Source: Enhygromyxa sp. (GTDB lineage Bacteria; Myxococcota_A; Polyangia; Nannocystales; Nannocystaceae). Taken from it: a stretch of 28,495 nucleotides of DNA. Positions 1 through 8,063 of this stretch are shown here, piece after piece. A model generated the notes under the pieces. It worked only from the letters and a program-made list of their open reading frames with translations. It was not told where the DNA came from and did no database searches. Both the position numbers and the translations under genes were made by a program. How positions within the stretch are numbered: position 1 is the first letter of the stretch; each line of letters begins with the position of its first letter. The DNA lies in contig DATLLB010000360.1 in assembly GCA_035538075.1 (NCBI GenBank), positions 1 through 28,495 of the forward strand. The letters run 5' to 3'.

Positions 1-635
1 GACGGTCGCGGCCATGGCGATTGGTGCGGCAGGTGGTGGTAGAGCGTGCGCTCGTCGGGCGCCAGCGCAGAGAAGCCTGGGCGATCGCTGATCCCTCCGT
101 CGGCGTGGAGGCGGCCGTGGATTCGCACGGGACCGAACATGATCGGGAGCGCCGCGCTGGCGCGGATGGCCGGGCGCAGCGGCCCGCGATCGAGCACTGC
201 CGTGGTTCGGCGGCGCAGCTCGTGAGTGACGATCGCCAGCGCGATCGGGCAGTCCTCGATCTGCTGGACGTTGCGCTCCGTCTGCGCGAGCGCCCTGCCG
301 AGCAGCGCGTCGAACTTGCGCCCACGCAAGATCCCGAGCCGCGTGCCGGGATCGGAGTCACGCGCCCCCCAGCCCAACCAGCTCGGATCCCAAAAGTCCT
401 CCCGCCGCAGCGCGCCGAGCAGCTCGATGATCGCCCCGAGCTCGACGCCGGCCGCCCACATGCCACCGGTGATCGCCCCCGCCGAGGTCCCCACGATCCG
501 GCGCGGCCGCAGCCCCGCACGCTCGAGCGCCGCGATCACCCCCGCGTGCGCATAAAAACCAAAGAACCCGGCGCTGAGCACCAACGTGAAGGGCTCGGCG
601 GCGAGCCACGCGTAGTTGCTGTCCGCCTCGCTCAT
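1..635 (-). CDS. patatin-like phospholipase (C-terminal part runs off the left window edge)
   Basis: Absent from the ORF track because there is no stop inside the window. Reverse-strand translation from ATG (complement of 633-635) gives MSEADSNYAWLAAEPFTLVLSAGFFGFYAHAGVIAALERAGLRPRRIVGTSAGAITGG... It contains the GxSxG nucleophile elbow (GTSAG) and, further on, HADGGISD (the catalytic Asp-Gly-Gly of patatins). The start overlaps the trmB stop as ATGA (632-635). Confidence 0.8.
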   Translation of the reverse strand, partial: MSEADSNYAWLAAEPFTLVLSAGFFGFYAHAGVIAALERAGLRPRRIVGTSAGAITGGMWAAGVELGAIIELLGALRREDFWDPSWLGWGARDSDPGTRLGILRGRKFDALLGRALAQTERNVQQIEDCPIALAIVTHELRRRTTAVLDRGPLRPAIRASAALPIMFGPVRIHGRLHADGGISDRPGFSALAPDERTLYHHLPHQSPWPRP

Positions 636-1306
636 GGACTCGTCCTCATTCGGTAACGCATCCGCCAGACCCGCTGGCCGCGGGCGAGCGTGGTGTCCTC
701 GCGCCGACTGCTGGCGTCGCACGGATTTTCTCGCGTGAAGCACCAGGGCCCAGCGAGGTTCTCGAACCCGAGCACGAGCGCGTCGTCATGCTCGAGCTCC
801 TCCATCGCCGCCAACGCGACCTCGAACACGTCGCTGGCGAAGTGCAGCTCGCCGCCGCTGCGAAGCTGCCGCGCGACCACGGCGAGCAGACCCGGCTCGA
901 CCACGCGGCGCTTGTGGTGGCGGGCCTTGAACCACGGATCCGGAAACAGCACGTGGAAGCGATCCACGCTGGCCGGCGCGAACACCCGATCGAGATCGAC
1001 GTTGATGTTCGAGTAGCCGAATTCGAGGTTGCCGAGCCCGCGCCGCCGGGCCCACTTCCGGTTGCGCTCGACCAGCGGCTCGCGGATCTCGAGCCCGACC
1101 ACGAACCACGTCGGGTGGCGCTCGGCGAGCTCGAACGAGAACTTGGCGTCGGCGCAGCCGAGCTCGACCTCGACTCGCGCACAGCTCGGCGGCGGCGTGA
1201 TCGCCTGCGCCCGCGCCTCGAGGTACACGGCCCCGAGCGGGTTGACGTGCTGTCGGATGTTCCGCACCGAGGCGCCCGCATAGCAAACCCTGGGCGATCT
1301 CGACAA
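632..1306 (-). CDS. trmB: tRNA (guanine-N7)-methyltransferase
   Basis: 224-aa ORF with the TrmB signature FPDPWFKARHHKRR and a SAM-MTase-like N-terminal half (VEVELGCADAKF). The codon at 1306 is TTG, so the start is uncertain; GTG at 1267 is an alternative. Confidence 0.88.
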   Translation of the reverse strand: MSRSPRVCYAGASVRNIRQHVNPLGAVYLEARAQAITPPPSCARVEVELGCADAKFSFELAERHPTWFVVGLEIREPLVERNRKWARRRGLGNLEFGYSNINVDLDRVFAPASVDRFHVLFPDPWFKARHHKRRVVEPGLLAVVARQLRSGGELHFASDVFEVALAAMEELEHDDALVLGFENLAGPWCFTRENPCDASSRREDTTLARGQRVWRMRYRMRTSP

Positions 1307-1344
1307 CGTGGACCGATGCGGCGACCCTCTCGCGCAGCGTCGGC

Positions 1345-1998
1345 ATGTCCGAAGGTCGCGATTTCACGGTCACGCGTCGCCTGGTCGCCGAGCTCGAGCT
1401 CGCGCGGGCGGTCCACAGCCTCACGGTGCATGAGCTCGGCAACCCGCTGCAGAGCCTGCTGGTGCTGATCGAGCTGAGCCGCGACGAGCTGCGCGCGGCC
1501 GGACTCGAGGGTCGCACGCTCGAGCGACTCGATCGCGCGCTGGACTCGATCGAGCGGCTGCGGCGGATCCTGTTGAGCTCGGGCGCGGTGCGGACTTGCC
1601 TGACGGAGCTCGAGCGGGTGCCCGACTGGGGTCGCCTGCTCGACGCGCTGGCCGGCTTCATCGGCGAGCGCCTGACTCAGCTGCGCGCGACGCTGGTGCG
1701 CTTCACCGACGAGATCGATCACCGACCGGTCGCGCTCGGGCCCGTGCGCGAGGCTACGCTGAGCTTGCTCATCGAAGCCGTCCGGCAGGTCCGCGACGCT
1801 CGCAGCGACGGCATGACAGTCGAGCTGCACGGTCGCACGCTGCAAGATCGGACCTGCCTGCGCGTCGCCGTGCACGGACCGACCGGACCGATCGAGCTCG
1901 ACGAGCGGACCTTCACGCAGGTCGAGGCGCTGCTCGGCGACTCCGCCGATGCCCGCTGTCAACGCGACGCGCAAGCCCTGGTACTGTGGTCGTCGTGA
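1345..1998 (+). CDS. histidine-kinase-like protein (DHp/H-box present, ATP-binding motifs not recognisable, no sensor or TM region)
   Basis: 217-aa ORF with an H-box-like HELGNPLQSL in a predicted helical hairpin. I could not find N, G1 or G2 boxes in the C-terminal ~110 aa. There is no hydrophobic segment. Confidence 0.55.
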   Translation: MSEGRDFTVTRRLVAELELARAVHSLTVHELGNPLQSLLVLIELSRDELRAAGLEGRTLERLDRALDSIERLRRILLSSGAVRTCLTELERVPDWGRLLDALAGFIGERLTQLRATLVRFTDEIDHRPVALGPVREATLSLLIEAVRQVRDARSDGMTVELHGRTLQDRTCLRVAVHGPTGPIELDERTFTQVEALLGDSADARCQRDAQALVLWSS

Positions 1999-2023
1999 AC
2001 GACTCGATGAAGCGGGGGGAGTG

Positions 2024-3019
2024 ATGAGCGAAGGGCCGTCGGAACTGGTCAAGGAGACCGCGAGGAAGCTGCTTCGGCACCTGCGCGAGCACCCGAGCGG
2101 GGCCAGCAAAGAGGAGCTCGCCAAGGTCGCCGACGTCTCCTACCCTTCGATCCAGCGCGCGCTGACGTGGCTGCGCGATCACTGCGACTCGCCGGTCGAG
2201 TTCGATCGCGCCGCGGGTCGCTGGGTGCTCCGGGATCCTCACTTCACGCTGCCGCTGACCGATCCCGACGCGCAGGATCTCTCGGCCGTGCTGTTCGCCG
2301 AGGCTCTGCTCGCGCCGCTCGCCGACGAAGAGATCACGATCCGACTGCGACGCCTCGCCGAGCAGATGGACGCCGAGATGCGCGAGCGCGGGCAGACGCC
2401 CAGCGAAGGCGCGCGGCCGGGCAGCTTGATCGCGACGCTGACGACCGGCAGCCGCACCGATCCGCAGGTGCTCTCGCTATTGTTCGGTGCGATCGGCAAG
2501 CAGGTCGTGCAGATCCGCTACGCGAGCCCGTGGAGCCCCGGCGGAGGCATGCGCCTCCACGACATCGAGCCCTGGCAGCTGCGCCTGCACGACGGCAACA
2601 TGTACCTGCGCGCCTACTCGCGCACGCACAAGGAGCCGCGCAGCTTTCGAGTCGCGCAGATCGAGGGCGCCGAGCCGATCGTCGGGCTCACGCCGCGCGA
2701 GCCCATCCCTCCGCCCGACAAGATTTGGGGCGATCACGATCCCGCGTTCGGCATCGACGAGGACCGGCCCGGCGTCGCGGTGATCCGCATCCGCGCGCCC
2801 ACGGCTCGTTGGGTGCACCCCAACGTGTGGGATCCCGGCCAGCGCGACGCGTGGATCGAAGACGGCCAGCTGCTCGAGCGCCGGGTCTCGTACCGGTCCT
2901 GCCGCGAGCTCGCCCGGCGCCTGCTCTCGCTGGGCGACGCGCTCGAGTCCGTCGAGCCCGCCGAGCTGCGCGAGGCGATCGTCCTGCACGCCAAGACCCT
3001 CGTCGACCGGCTCGGCTGA
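2024..3019 (+). CDS. WYL-domain transcriptional regulator (wHTH-WYL-C-terminal extension architecture)
   Basis: ORF 1949..3019 trimmed to ATG 2024, which is preceded by GGGGGA. It has an N-terminal wHTH (SKEELAKVADVSYPSIQRALTWLRD) and a central WYL-like segment (VVQIRYASPW...IEPWQLRLHDGNMYLRAYSRTHKEPRSFRVAQI). Confidence 0.75.
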   Translation: MSEGPSELVKETARKLLRHLREHPSGASKEELAKVADVSYPSIQRALTWLRDHCDSPVEFDRAAGRWVLRDPHFTLPLTDPDAQDLSAVLFAEALLAPLADEEITIRLRRLAEQMDAEMRERGQTPSEGARPGSLIATLTTGSRTDPQVLSLLFGAIGKQVVQIRYASPWSPGGGMRLHDIEPWQLRLHDGNMYLRAYSRTHKEPRSFRVAQIEGAEPIVGLTPREPIPPPDKIWGDHDPAFGIDEDRPGVAVIRIRAPTARWVHPNVWDPGQRDAWIEDGQLLERRVSYRSCRELARRLLSLGDALESVEPAELREAIVLHAKTLVDRLG

Positions 3020-3120
3020 GCCGCGTGAGGCGCTGCGCCAAAGGCGGTGCGTCAGCTCTCGCCAAAAGCCGGTCGGCCTCTGTGGCGCAGCCCGAAAATA
3101 AGCTATCTTCCGCGGCCCCC

Positions 3121-3205
3121 GGAGAGGTGTCCGAGTGGTCGATGGTGCCAGACTCGAAATCTGGTGTGGCGAAAGCCACCGTGGGTTCGAATCCCACCCT
3201 CTCCG
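3121..3205 (+). tRNA. tRNA-Ser (anticodon CGA)
   Basis: Class II cloverleaf: acceptor GGAGAGG/CCTCTCC, anticodon arm CCAGA-CTCGAAA-TCTGG, long variable arm, T arm GTGGG-TTCGAAT-CCCAC, discriminator G. CCA is not encoded. Confidence 0.95.
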
Positions 3206-3272
3206 CTACCTGACAAACCAGCCCGAACGCGCCCGCCGAGAACGGGCGCGTTCCTAGCTCGGTCCACACCTT

Positions 3273-3357
3273 GGAGAGGTGTCCGAGTGGTCGAAGGTGC
3301 ATGATTGGAAATCATGTGTGGGGAAACCCACCGCGGGTTCGAATCCCGCCCTCTCCG
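3273..3357 (+). tRNA. tRNA-Ser (anticodon GGA)
   Basis: Same acceptor stem, and the same first 22 nt, as the upstream tRNA-Ser. Anticodon arm CATGA-TTGGAAA-TCATG, long variable arm, T arm GCGGG-TTCGAAT-CCCGC, discriminator G. CCA is not encoded. Confidence 0.95.
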
Positions 3358-3389
3358 TCGGTCGCCGCTCCACGTGAAAAGCGACCGTT

Positions 3390-3486
3390 CATGCCCCGGG
3401 TGACGCTTCTCCCCCTAACCCCGCCAGGGCCGGAAGGCAGCAACGGTACCGGGGAGAGCGGGTGCCCGTGGGCGCTTTTCTTTTTG
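3390..3486 (+). ncRNA. ffs: small (4.5S-type) signal recognition particle RNA; ends approximate
   Basis: CCAGG-GCC-GGAA-GGC-AGCA (3424-3442) matches the conserved helix-8 motif of bacterial SRP RNA: a GGAA tetraloop at 3432-3435 flanked by the AGG/AGCA symmetric loop. The flanks pair into one long rod: 3421-3423/3444-3446, 3408-3414/3451-3457 (7 bp), 3404-3406/3458-3460, 3397-3400/3465-3468 and 3393-3396/3470-3473. A T-tract CTTTTCTTTTT follows at 3475-3485. Confidence 0.72.
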
Positions 3487-3739
3487 ATCGCTGGCGGGCG
3501 CTGTCGGCTGGTTGCTGGAGACCGGTCAGAGCCTTCTGCGGACTCGAGGTGACCGAGCTTATGCGTGCTCGCCAGCTTGGGCGCGGATCGTGCTCGGCCC
3601 GTCGGGCCTCCGCGCGCTCCGCCACCCTCGGCTTCGCCTCGGGCTCGAGGTCCCCCGCGCGCCTTCGTGCGATCGGGCTTGGTTTCGCCCCTTGATTCGG
3701 AGAAGGGCGCGGGTTCGAGTTTTGCGATAAGTTGGGCTC

Positions 3740-4147
3740 GTGGAGGAAGAGCAACAGGCGGAGATCCTCGCCGAGATCAACGTGACGCCGATGATCGACG
3801 TGCTGATGAGCCTGTTGATCATCTTCATGGTCGCGTCGGAGCCTCCGCCCAAGCACAAGCAGCCGATTGCGATCCCGCAGAGTCCGATCGAGCAGACCGA
3901 GAACGATCCCAACGCGACCTTGCTGATCAAGATCGACGCGAACGGGGCGATCTCGCTGGGCAAGACGCCGATCGGCAATCGTGACGCTCTCGTCCAGGCG
4001 TTGGTCGCCAACGAGAAGGCGCAGTCGGACGGACGCGTGGCGGTGAAGGCCGACGGCAAGGTGCCGTACGGCTCGGTGATCGACGTGATGTCAGCCGCGC
4101 GCGAAGCCGGCATCGCTCAGGTCGGCATCGCCAGCGAACGGCTATGA
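3740..4147 (+). CDS. exbD: biopolymer transport protein ExbD/TolR family
   Basis: 135-aa ORF with a GTG start. It has the typical N-terminal INVTPMIDVLMSLLIIFMV TM helix and a periplasmic domain ending ...VPYGSVIDVMSAAREAGI. No exbB or tonB lies next to it. Confidence 0.85.
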   Translation: MEEEQQAEILAEINVTPMIDVLMSLLIIFMVASEPPPKHKQPIAIPQSPIEQTENDPNATLLIKIDANGAISLGKTPIGNRDALVQALVANEKAQSDGRVAVKADGKVPYGSVIDVMSAAREAGIAQVGIASERL

Positions 4148-4154
4148 TGCCCCC

Positions 4155-4174
4155 CGCGAACGCTCTCGTTCGCG
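4155..4174. terminator. perfect 8-bp hairpin CGCGAACG-CTCT-CGTTCGCG just after the exbD stop
   Basis: Inverted repeat read directly from the sequence. It sits between the convergent exbD and thioredoxin-like genes and has no U-tract. Confidence 0.35.
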
Positions 4175-4222
4175 CCGCTCGCTTCGCTCGCTCGACGCAC
4201 GTTGGCTGCGGCCGCACGTGGT

Positions 4223-4243
4223 GACCCCCGGTGGGGGTCTTTC
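4223..4243. terminator. GC hairpin GACCCCC-GGT-GGGGGTC followed by TTTC
   Basis: 7-bp perfect stem followed by a short T run, in the convergent intergenic region 4148-4267. Confidence 0.45.
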
Positions 4244-4267
4244 AAGACTGGAGGCTCCGCTCGAGAC

Positions 4268-4846
4268 TCAAGACTGCGCCAGGCTCGCGAACCACAGCGG
4301 CAAGGTGGCGTCGAGGCCCTGCGCTTCGAGGCGATCCTTGGCCTCCTTCATCTCTTCGACCCGCTTGCCCGCGTCGTCGAGCAACACGACCAGCGGATAG
4401 GTGCCGAGGATGGGCTCCCAGCGGCGGCGCAGGTCGTTGTACTCGTCCATCCGAGCGGCGGCGCTCCAGTCGTCCTCCTTGAGCTCGAGCACGCGAACGC
4501 TGCCGATCATCGAGCGCGGGTGCATGTTGCCGAGCTCGAGATCGAGGTGTTTGCAGGGCTCGCACCAATCGGCGGAGAACAGCACGACCACCCGCTTGCC
4601 CTCGGCCTTCGCCTCGGCTTGCAGGCGATCGAACATCTTCGCGAGCGGCTCCTCCTCGCGCGGACGCAAGCGTCGAAGGTCATAGCCGACCAGCGGATCG
4701 GCCTCGACCTTCTCGGAGCTCTTTGCGGCGCTCGCCTGCGAGGCCGGCTCGGGTGCGCCGCAGGCCGACAGCAGAACCGAGAGCAGGATGGCGCTCGCAC
4801 GAGTCGACACCGCGGCTGCATAACCCGGCCGCGGTGTCGCCCACAA
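4268..4846 (-). CDS. thioredoxin-fold lipoprotein (WCEPC active site)
   Basis: 192-aa ORF with a signal peptide and canonical lipobox (LLSAC). The thioredoxin motif reads VVVLFSADWCEPCKHL. Confidence 0.8.
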   Translation of the reverse strand: MWATPRPGYAAAVSTRASAILLSVLLSACGAPEPASQASAAKSSEKVEADPLVGYDLRRLRPREEEPLAKMFDRLQAEAKAEGKRVVVLFSADWCEPCKHLDLELGNMHPRSMIGSVRVLELKEDDWSAAARMDEYNDLRRRWEPILGTYPLVVLLDDAGKRVEEMKEAKDRLEAQGLDATLPLWFASLAQS

Positions 4847-4850
4847 GCGG

Positions 4851-5339
4851 CTACTCCGCGACGCTGTATCGCATGCCGCGGGCCTTGCCTTCCCAGGTGA
4901 TCTTGCCGAGGTCGATCAAGCGCGCGAGCGACTTGCGGACCTGCAAGGCGGTGCCGCCCACGCGCGAGGTGATCTCGGGCGCCTTGATCGGCCGCTCGGA
5001 CTCGGCGACGACTGCGAGCACGGCCGCGTCGTAGGCCTTGCGACCTTCGGGCGTGCGCGTGTTGACGGACTTGGTCTTGACCTTCGCCTTGCTGGTCTTG
5101 ACCTTGCCCGGCCGCTCGTCCTCCTCCTCGTCCGCATCGTCCGCGACCCTGACGCCGCCGCGACCACCCTGCATGATGTCACCGACAGACACGGTGCTGA
5201 GCAGGGTGGCGAACTTACCTTTTCCCAGCTTGGTCAACTCGGCGAGCGTGAGCTGCGGGTTCTCGCAGACGAGGTTGATGAACACGTCGCGCTCGACAGC
5301 TTCGACCGCGGAGTTGAATTCCCGTTCAAAACTGGACAC
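4851..5339 (-). CDS. hypothetical protein, possible C-terminal winged-helix, central acidic/basic linker
   Basis: ORF 4851..5390. The first 17 codons have low GC3 and look non-coding, so I trimmed it to GTG 5339 (VSSFEREF...). The C-terminus ERPIKAPEITSRVGGTALQVRKSLARLIDLGKITWEGKARGMRY resembles a wHTH. I recognise no family. Confidence 0.5.
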   Translation of the reverse strand: MSSFEREFNSAVEAVERDVFINLVCENPQLTLAELTKLGKGKFATLLSTVSVGDIMQGGRGGVRVADDADEEEDERPGKVKTSKAKVKTKSVNTRTPEGRKAYDAAVLAVVAESERPIKAPEITSRVGGTALQVRKSLARLIDLGKITWEGKARGMRYSVAE

Positions 5340-5670
5340 GCGCCGACCATAGCACAATCGATTCGATATACGAACATCCTCTCGCCACATTTTTTGTGGT
5401 GATCACTGGCCCATCGGACACCAAGGTGCGGCGATTTCAGTTTCGTAGCCGGACAACCACACCCCGCGCAGATCGCCGCGAAACGGGCGCAGCGGCCGGG
5501 ATCGCGCGTAGTGTAACGTTTGGCCAATTCGTGGTCTTTGGGACAGGATCGCCTCGATCCTCACAGAGCGCGGCCGACACTATGCTGATAGTACCTGCTC
5601 ACGGTGCAAATTCCCGGCGGCCGGGAGGTGCGATTCGCCGGCCCTTTGGCCAGCCGAGTAGACTGGTCCC

Positions 5671-6135
5671 GTGCCGATCCCCGAGCAGTTCCACGCCGAG
5701 AGCCTCTACGAGCCGGAGCAGTGGTACGTGCACGACGTACTCGAGGTCGACGCCGAGCACGTGGTCGGCGTTTGTGACACCCAAGCGCTCATCGACAGTC
5801 CGATCGTCGCAGCCCAGCGCGCTTGGCCGGGCCAGCCCAAGCACGTGCCCGGCATCGTCATGCTGCAGATCACCGGCACGCTCGGCAACCTCCACGCGGT
5901 GCTCGGGCTCGGCCTGCGCATGAGCGAGGGCTGGGTCGGCTTCGGCACCAACATCCTCGAGGCCCGCTTTCGCGGGCTCGGTCGGCTGGGCCCGCCGCTG
6001 CGCTGCGAGCTGCGAGTCGAAGAGGTGCGAAAGCTCGAAGGCTCGCTGTTCGCGACCTATTCGTTTCGCTTCAGCCAGGAGTCGGCGACCGTCTACACCT
6101 CGCGCCAACGCGCCGCTTGGCGAAAGACTACTTAA
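5671..6135 (+). CDS. hotdog-fold protein (FabA/FabZ- or MaoC-like dehydratase/thioesterase superfamily)
   Basis: 154-aa ORF with a GTG start. The segment KHVPGIVMLQITGTLG resembles the H-x-PG-x-L-x-x-E region of FabZ-type hotdog proteins. This is a weak motif-level call. Confidence 0.5.
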   Translation: MPIPEQFHAESLYEPEQWYVHDVLEVDAEHVVGVCDTQALIDSPIVAAQRAWPGQPKHVPGIVMLQITGTLGNLHAVLGLGLRMSEGWVGFGTNILEARFRGLGRLGPPLRCELRVEEVRKLEGSLFATYSFRFSQESATVYTSRQRAAWRKTT

Positions 6136-7640
6136 ATCAGGTCGGCGACGAGCTTGCTGAAAAAGCGCCAGAAGGGCTCGACCGTATCGATCACCAGGCT
6201 CTCGTTCGGCGTGTGGGCGTCGTAGATGTCGGGCCCGAACGCGATCATCTCGAGCCCGGGCACGCGATCGTTGAGCACACCGCACTCGAGCCCGGCGTGG
6301 ATGGCCTCGAGCTTGGGCTCACGTCCGAACAGCGCCACGTAGCTGGCCCGAGCGGTGCGCAGGAGCTCGGTGTCGAGCCGCGCCTCCCAGCCGGGGAACC
6401 AGTGCTTGTACTCGATGCGCGCGCCCGAGGCCTCGAGCGTCCGCTCGCATCGCTCCTGAAAGTGCTCGAGCGCGCCCGCCTTGGAGGAGCGAGCCAGCGC
6501 GATCAGACGGATCTCGTCGTCGACCGTGACCAGGGTGCCGAGGTTGTTGCTGGTCTCGACGAGGCCGGGGATCACGGGCGACCAGGCGAGCACGCCATCG
6601 CGTTGGTTTCGCAGCGCCTCGAGGATCGCCCGACCGGTGATCGAGGAGATCGGCGCGGGCGTGGCCTCGCGCTCGGACGCGGGCAGCTCGGCGAAGCCCA
6701 CCAAGAGATCGGGGTCGACGCTGGCGAAGGTCTCGGCGATGCGCCGCGCGGCGGCCTCGAAGCCACGCGCGAGCTCGCGGGTGCGAGCGCTCGCTACCCA
6801 GAGCACAGCCTCGGCCGCGCGCGCGATCGCGTTGACCCGACCGCCACCGTCGAAGCTGGCCAGGCGCACGCCCTCGAGATCGACCTCCTTGGCGGTGAGC
6901 AACGCGATCAGCACGGCGATCGCGTTGGCTCGACCCTCGTGAATGTCGACCCCGCTGTGTCCGCCGCGAAGCCCCTGCACGGTCAGGCGCACGGGCACGT
7001 CGTCGGGGTTGCGATGATCGCGATCGAGCTCCCACGCGGCGTGCAGCTCGCGACCGCCCGCGCACGAGAGATAGATCCGCCCCTCGAGCTCGGCGTCGAG
7101 GTTGACCAGTCGACGCGCGCGGATCAGCGAGGGATCGAGCGCGAAGGCGCCGGTCATGCCGACCTCTTCGTCGGCCGTGAACAGAAGCTCGAGCGGCGGG
7201 TGCTCGAGCCCGGGCGTCAACGCCAGCGCCAGCGCGGCCGCGCAGCCGATCCCGTTGTCGGACCCGAGCGTGGTGCCGTGCGCCTGCAGGACCTCGCGCT
7301 CGCGCCCGCCCAGCTCGCGGGTCGCCCGGCGCAGGCGGATCGGATCGCGCTCGAAGTCGTGTTCGACCTCGACGAGCTTCTCGCAGACCATGTCCATGTG
7401 GCCCTGGATCGCGAGCGGCTCCCCATCCACGCCGCGCCCACGCCCGGCCACGCGCAAGACCACATTGCCGACCGCGTCGGTGATCGCCTGCCAGCCGTGG
7501 CGCTCGGCCAGGCTCAGCAAGTAATCGCGAACACCCTGCTCCTTGCACGAAGGTCGCGGGATTCGACACAGCGCATCGAACTGGCGCCATAGCTCCTGCG
7601 GTTCGAGACCGACCAGCGCAGGGTCTAGCTTCGGCGCCAT
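6132..7640 (-). CDS. pepD: aminoacyl-histidine (Xaa-His) dipeptidase, M20C family
   Basis: 502-aa ORF with the motifs GHMDMV, GSDNGIG, TADEEVGMTGA, LRGGHSGVDIH and HAGLECG, all typical of PepD. Confidence 0.85.
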   Translation of the reverse strand: MAPKLDPALVGLEPQELWRQFDALCRIPRPSCKEQGVRDYLLSLAERHGWQAITDAVGNVVLRVAGRGRGVDGEPLAIQGHMDMVCEKLVEVEHDFERDPIRLRRATRELGGREREVLQAHGTTLGSDNGIGCAAALALALTPGLEHPPLELLFTADEEVGMTGAFALDPSLIRARRLVNLDAELEGRIYLSCAGGRELHAAWELDRDHRNPDDVPVRLTVQGLRGGHSGVDIHEGRANAIAVLIALLTAKEVDLEGVRLASFDGGGRVNAIARAAEAVLWVASARTRELARGFEAAARRIAETFASVDPDLLVGFAELPASEREATPAPISSITGRAILEALRNQRDGVLAWSPVIPGLVETSNNLGTLVTVDDEIRLIALARSSKAGALEHFQERCERTLEASGARIEYKHWFPGWEARLDTELLRTARASYVALFGREPKLEAIHAGLECGVLNDRVPGLEMIAFGPDIYDAHTPNESLVIDTVEPFWRFFSKLVADLI

Positions 7641-7703
7641 GACTCCGCGATGGTAGCGAGGCGGCGATCCGGGGCAAAGCAGCGCGTGCTTCGCAAAAAA
7701 TGA

Positions 7704-7946
7704 TCACTCGTCGTCATCGAGCACGCGCGCTTGCGCGTCGCGGACTCGCTGGACCGTGGCAGCGAGCGCCTCGACCAGCTCGGGCGGTGCACCCGGGAGC
7801 ACGAGCTCCGGCCGATCGAGCAGGCGCAGCAGACTCCCCCAGCCGTCGATGAACGCGGCGAGGCGAGGCGCGTCGAGTCCGGCCGTGCGCTCGAGCAGCA
7901 ACTCGCGGACGATGTCGTCGAGCAGATCGATTGAAGGTTCGGCCAC
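7704..7946 (-). CDS. hypothetical small acidic protein (80 aa)
   Basis: High GC3 in this frame, a GTG start, and same strand immediately upstream of pepD. I recognise no motif. Confidence 0.45.
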   Translation of the reverse strand: MAEPSIDLLDDIVRELLLERTAGLDAPRLAAFIDGWGSLLRLLDRPELVLPGAPPELVEALAATVQRVRDAQARVLDDDE

Positions 7947-8063
7947 GATTGGTTGCCTGCGGGGCTGATTGTAGATCCCGACCGCTACGCAAAGCCAAAA
8001 GCTGGCCTAAAGCCAAGCGTCACGAAGCTCGCGGGTGCTCGACCACGGCGCTAAAGTTCGCCC

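Noticed and set aside
21-656. 211-aa plus-strand ORF at the left edge
   Set aside because: The opposite strand encodes a patatin-like protein with GTSAG and DGG motifs and a start coupled to trmB. The plus-frame product is Arg/Pro-rich with no motifs.
646-2124. 492-aa minus-strand ORF spanning trmB and the kinase-like gene
   Set aside because: It is an alternate or antisense frame of two genes with clear motifs. Its composition (Ser/Arg/Ala runs) is typical of a spurious high-GC ORF.
3462-3485. Stand-alone intrinsic terminator (short GC hairpin plus T-tract) after the tRNA genes
   Set aside because: I reinterpreted it as the 3' strand of the basal helices of the SRP RNA plus that RNA's own terminator T-tract.
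3708-3718. 11-nt match (CGCGGGTTCGA) to the T arm of tRNA-Ser(GGA), a possible att duplication
   Set aside because: It is too short, has no acceptor-stem continuation, and the interval would enclose the essential ffs gene. It is most likely chance in a GC-rich sequence.
5823-7592. 589-aa plus-strand ORF
   Set aside because: It is antisense to pepD, which has multiple M20C motifs.
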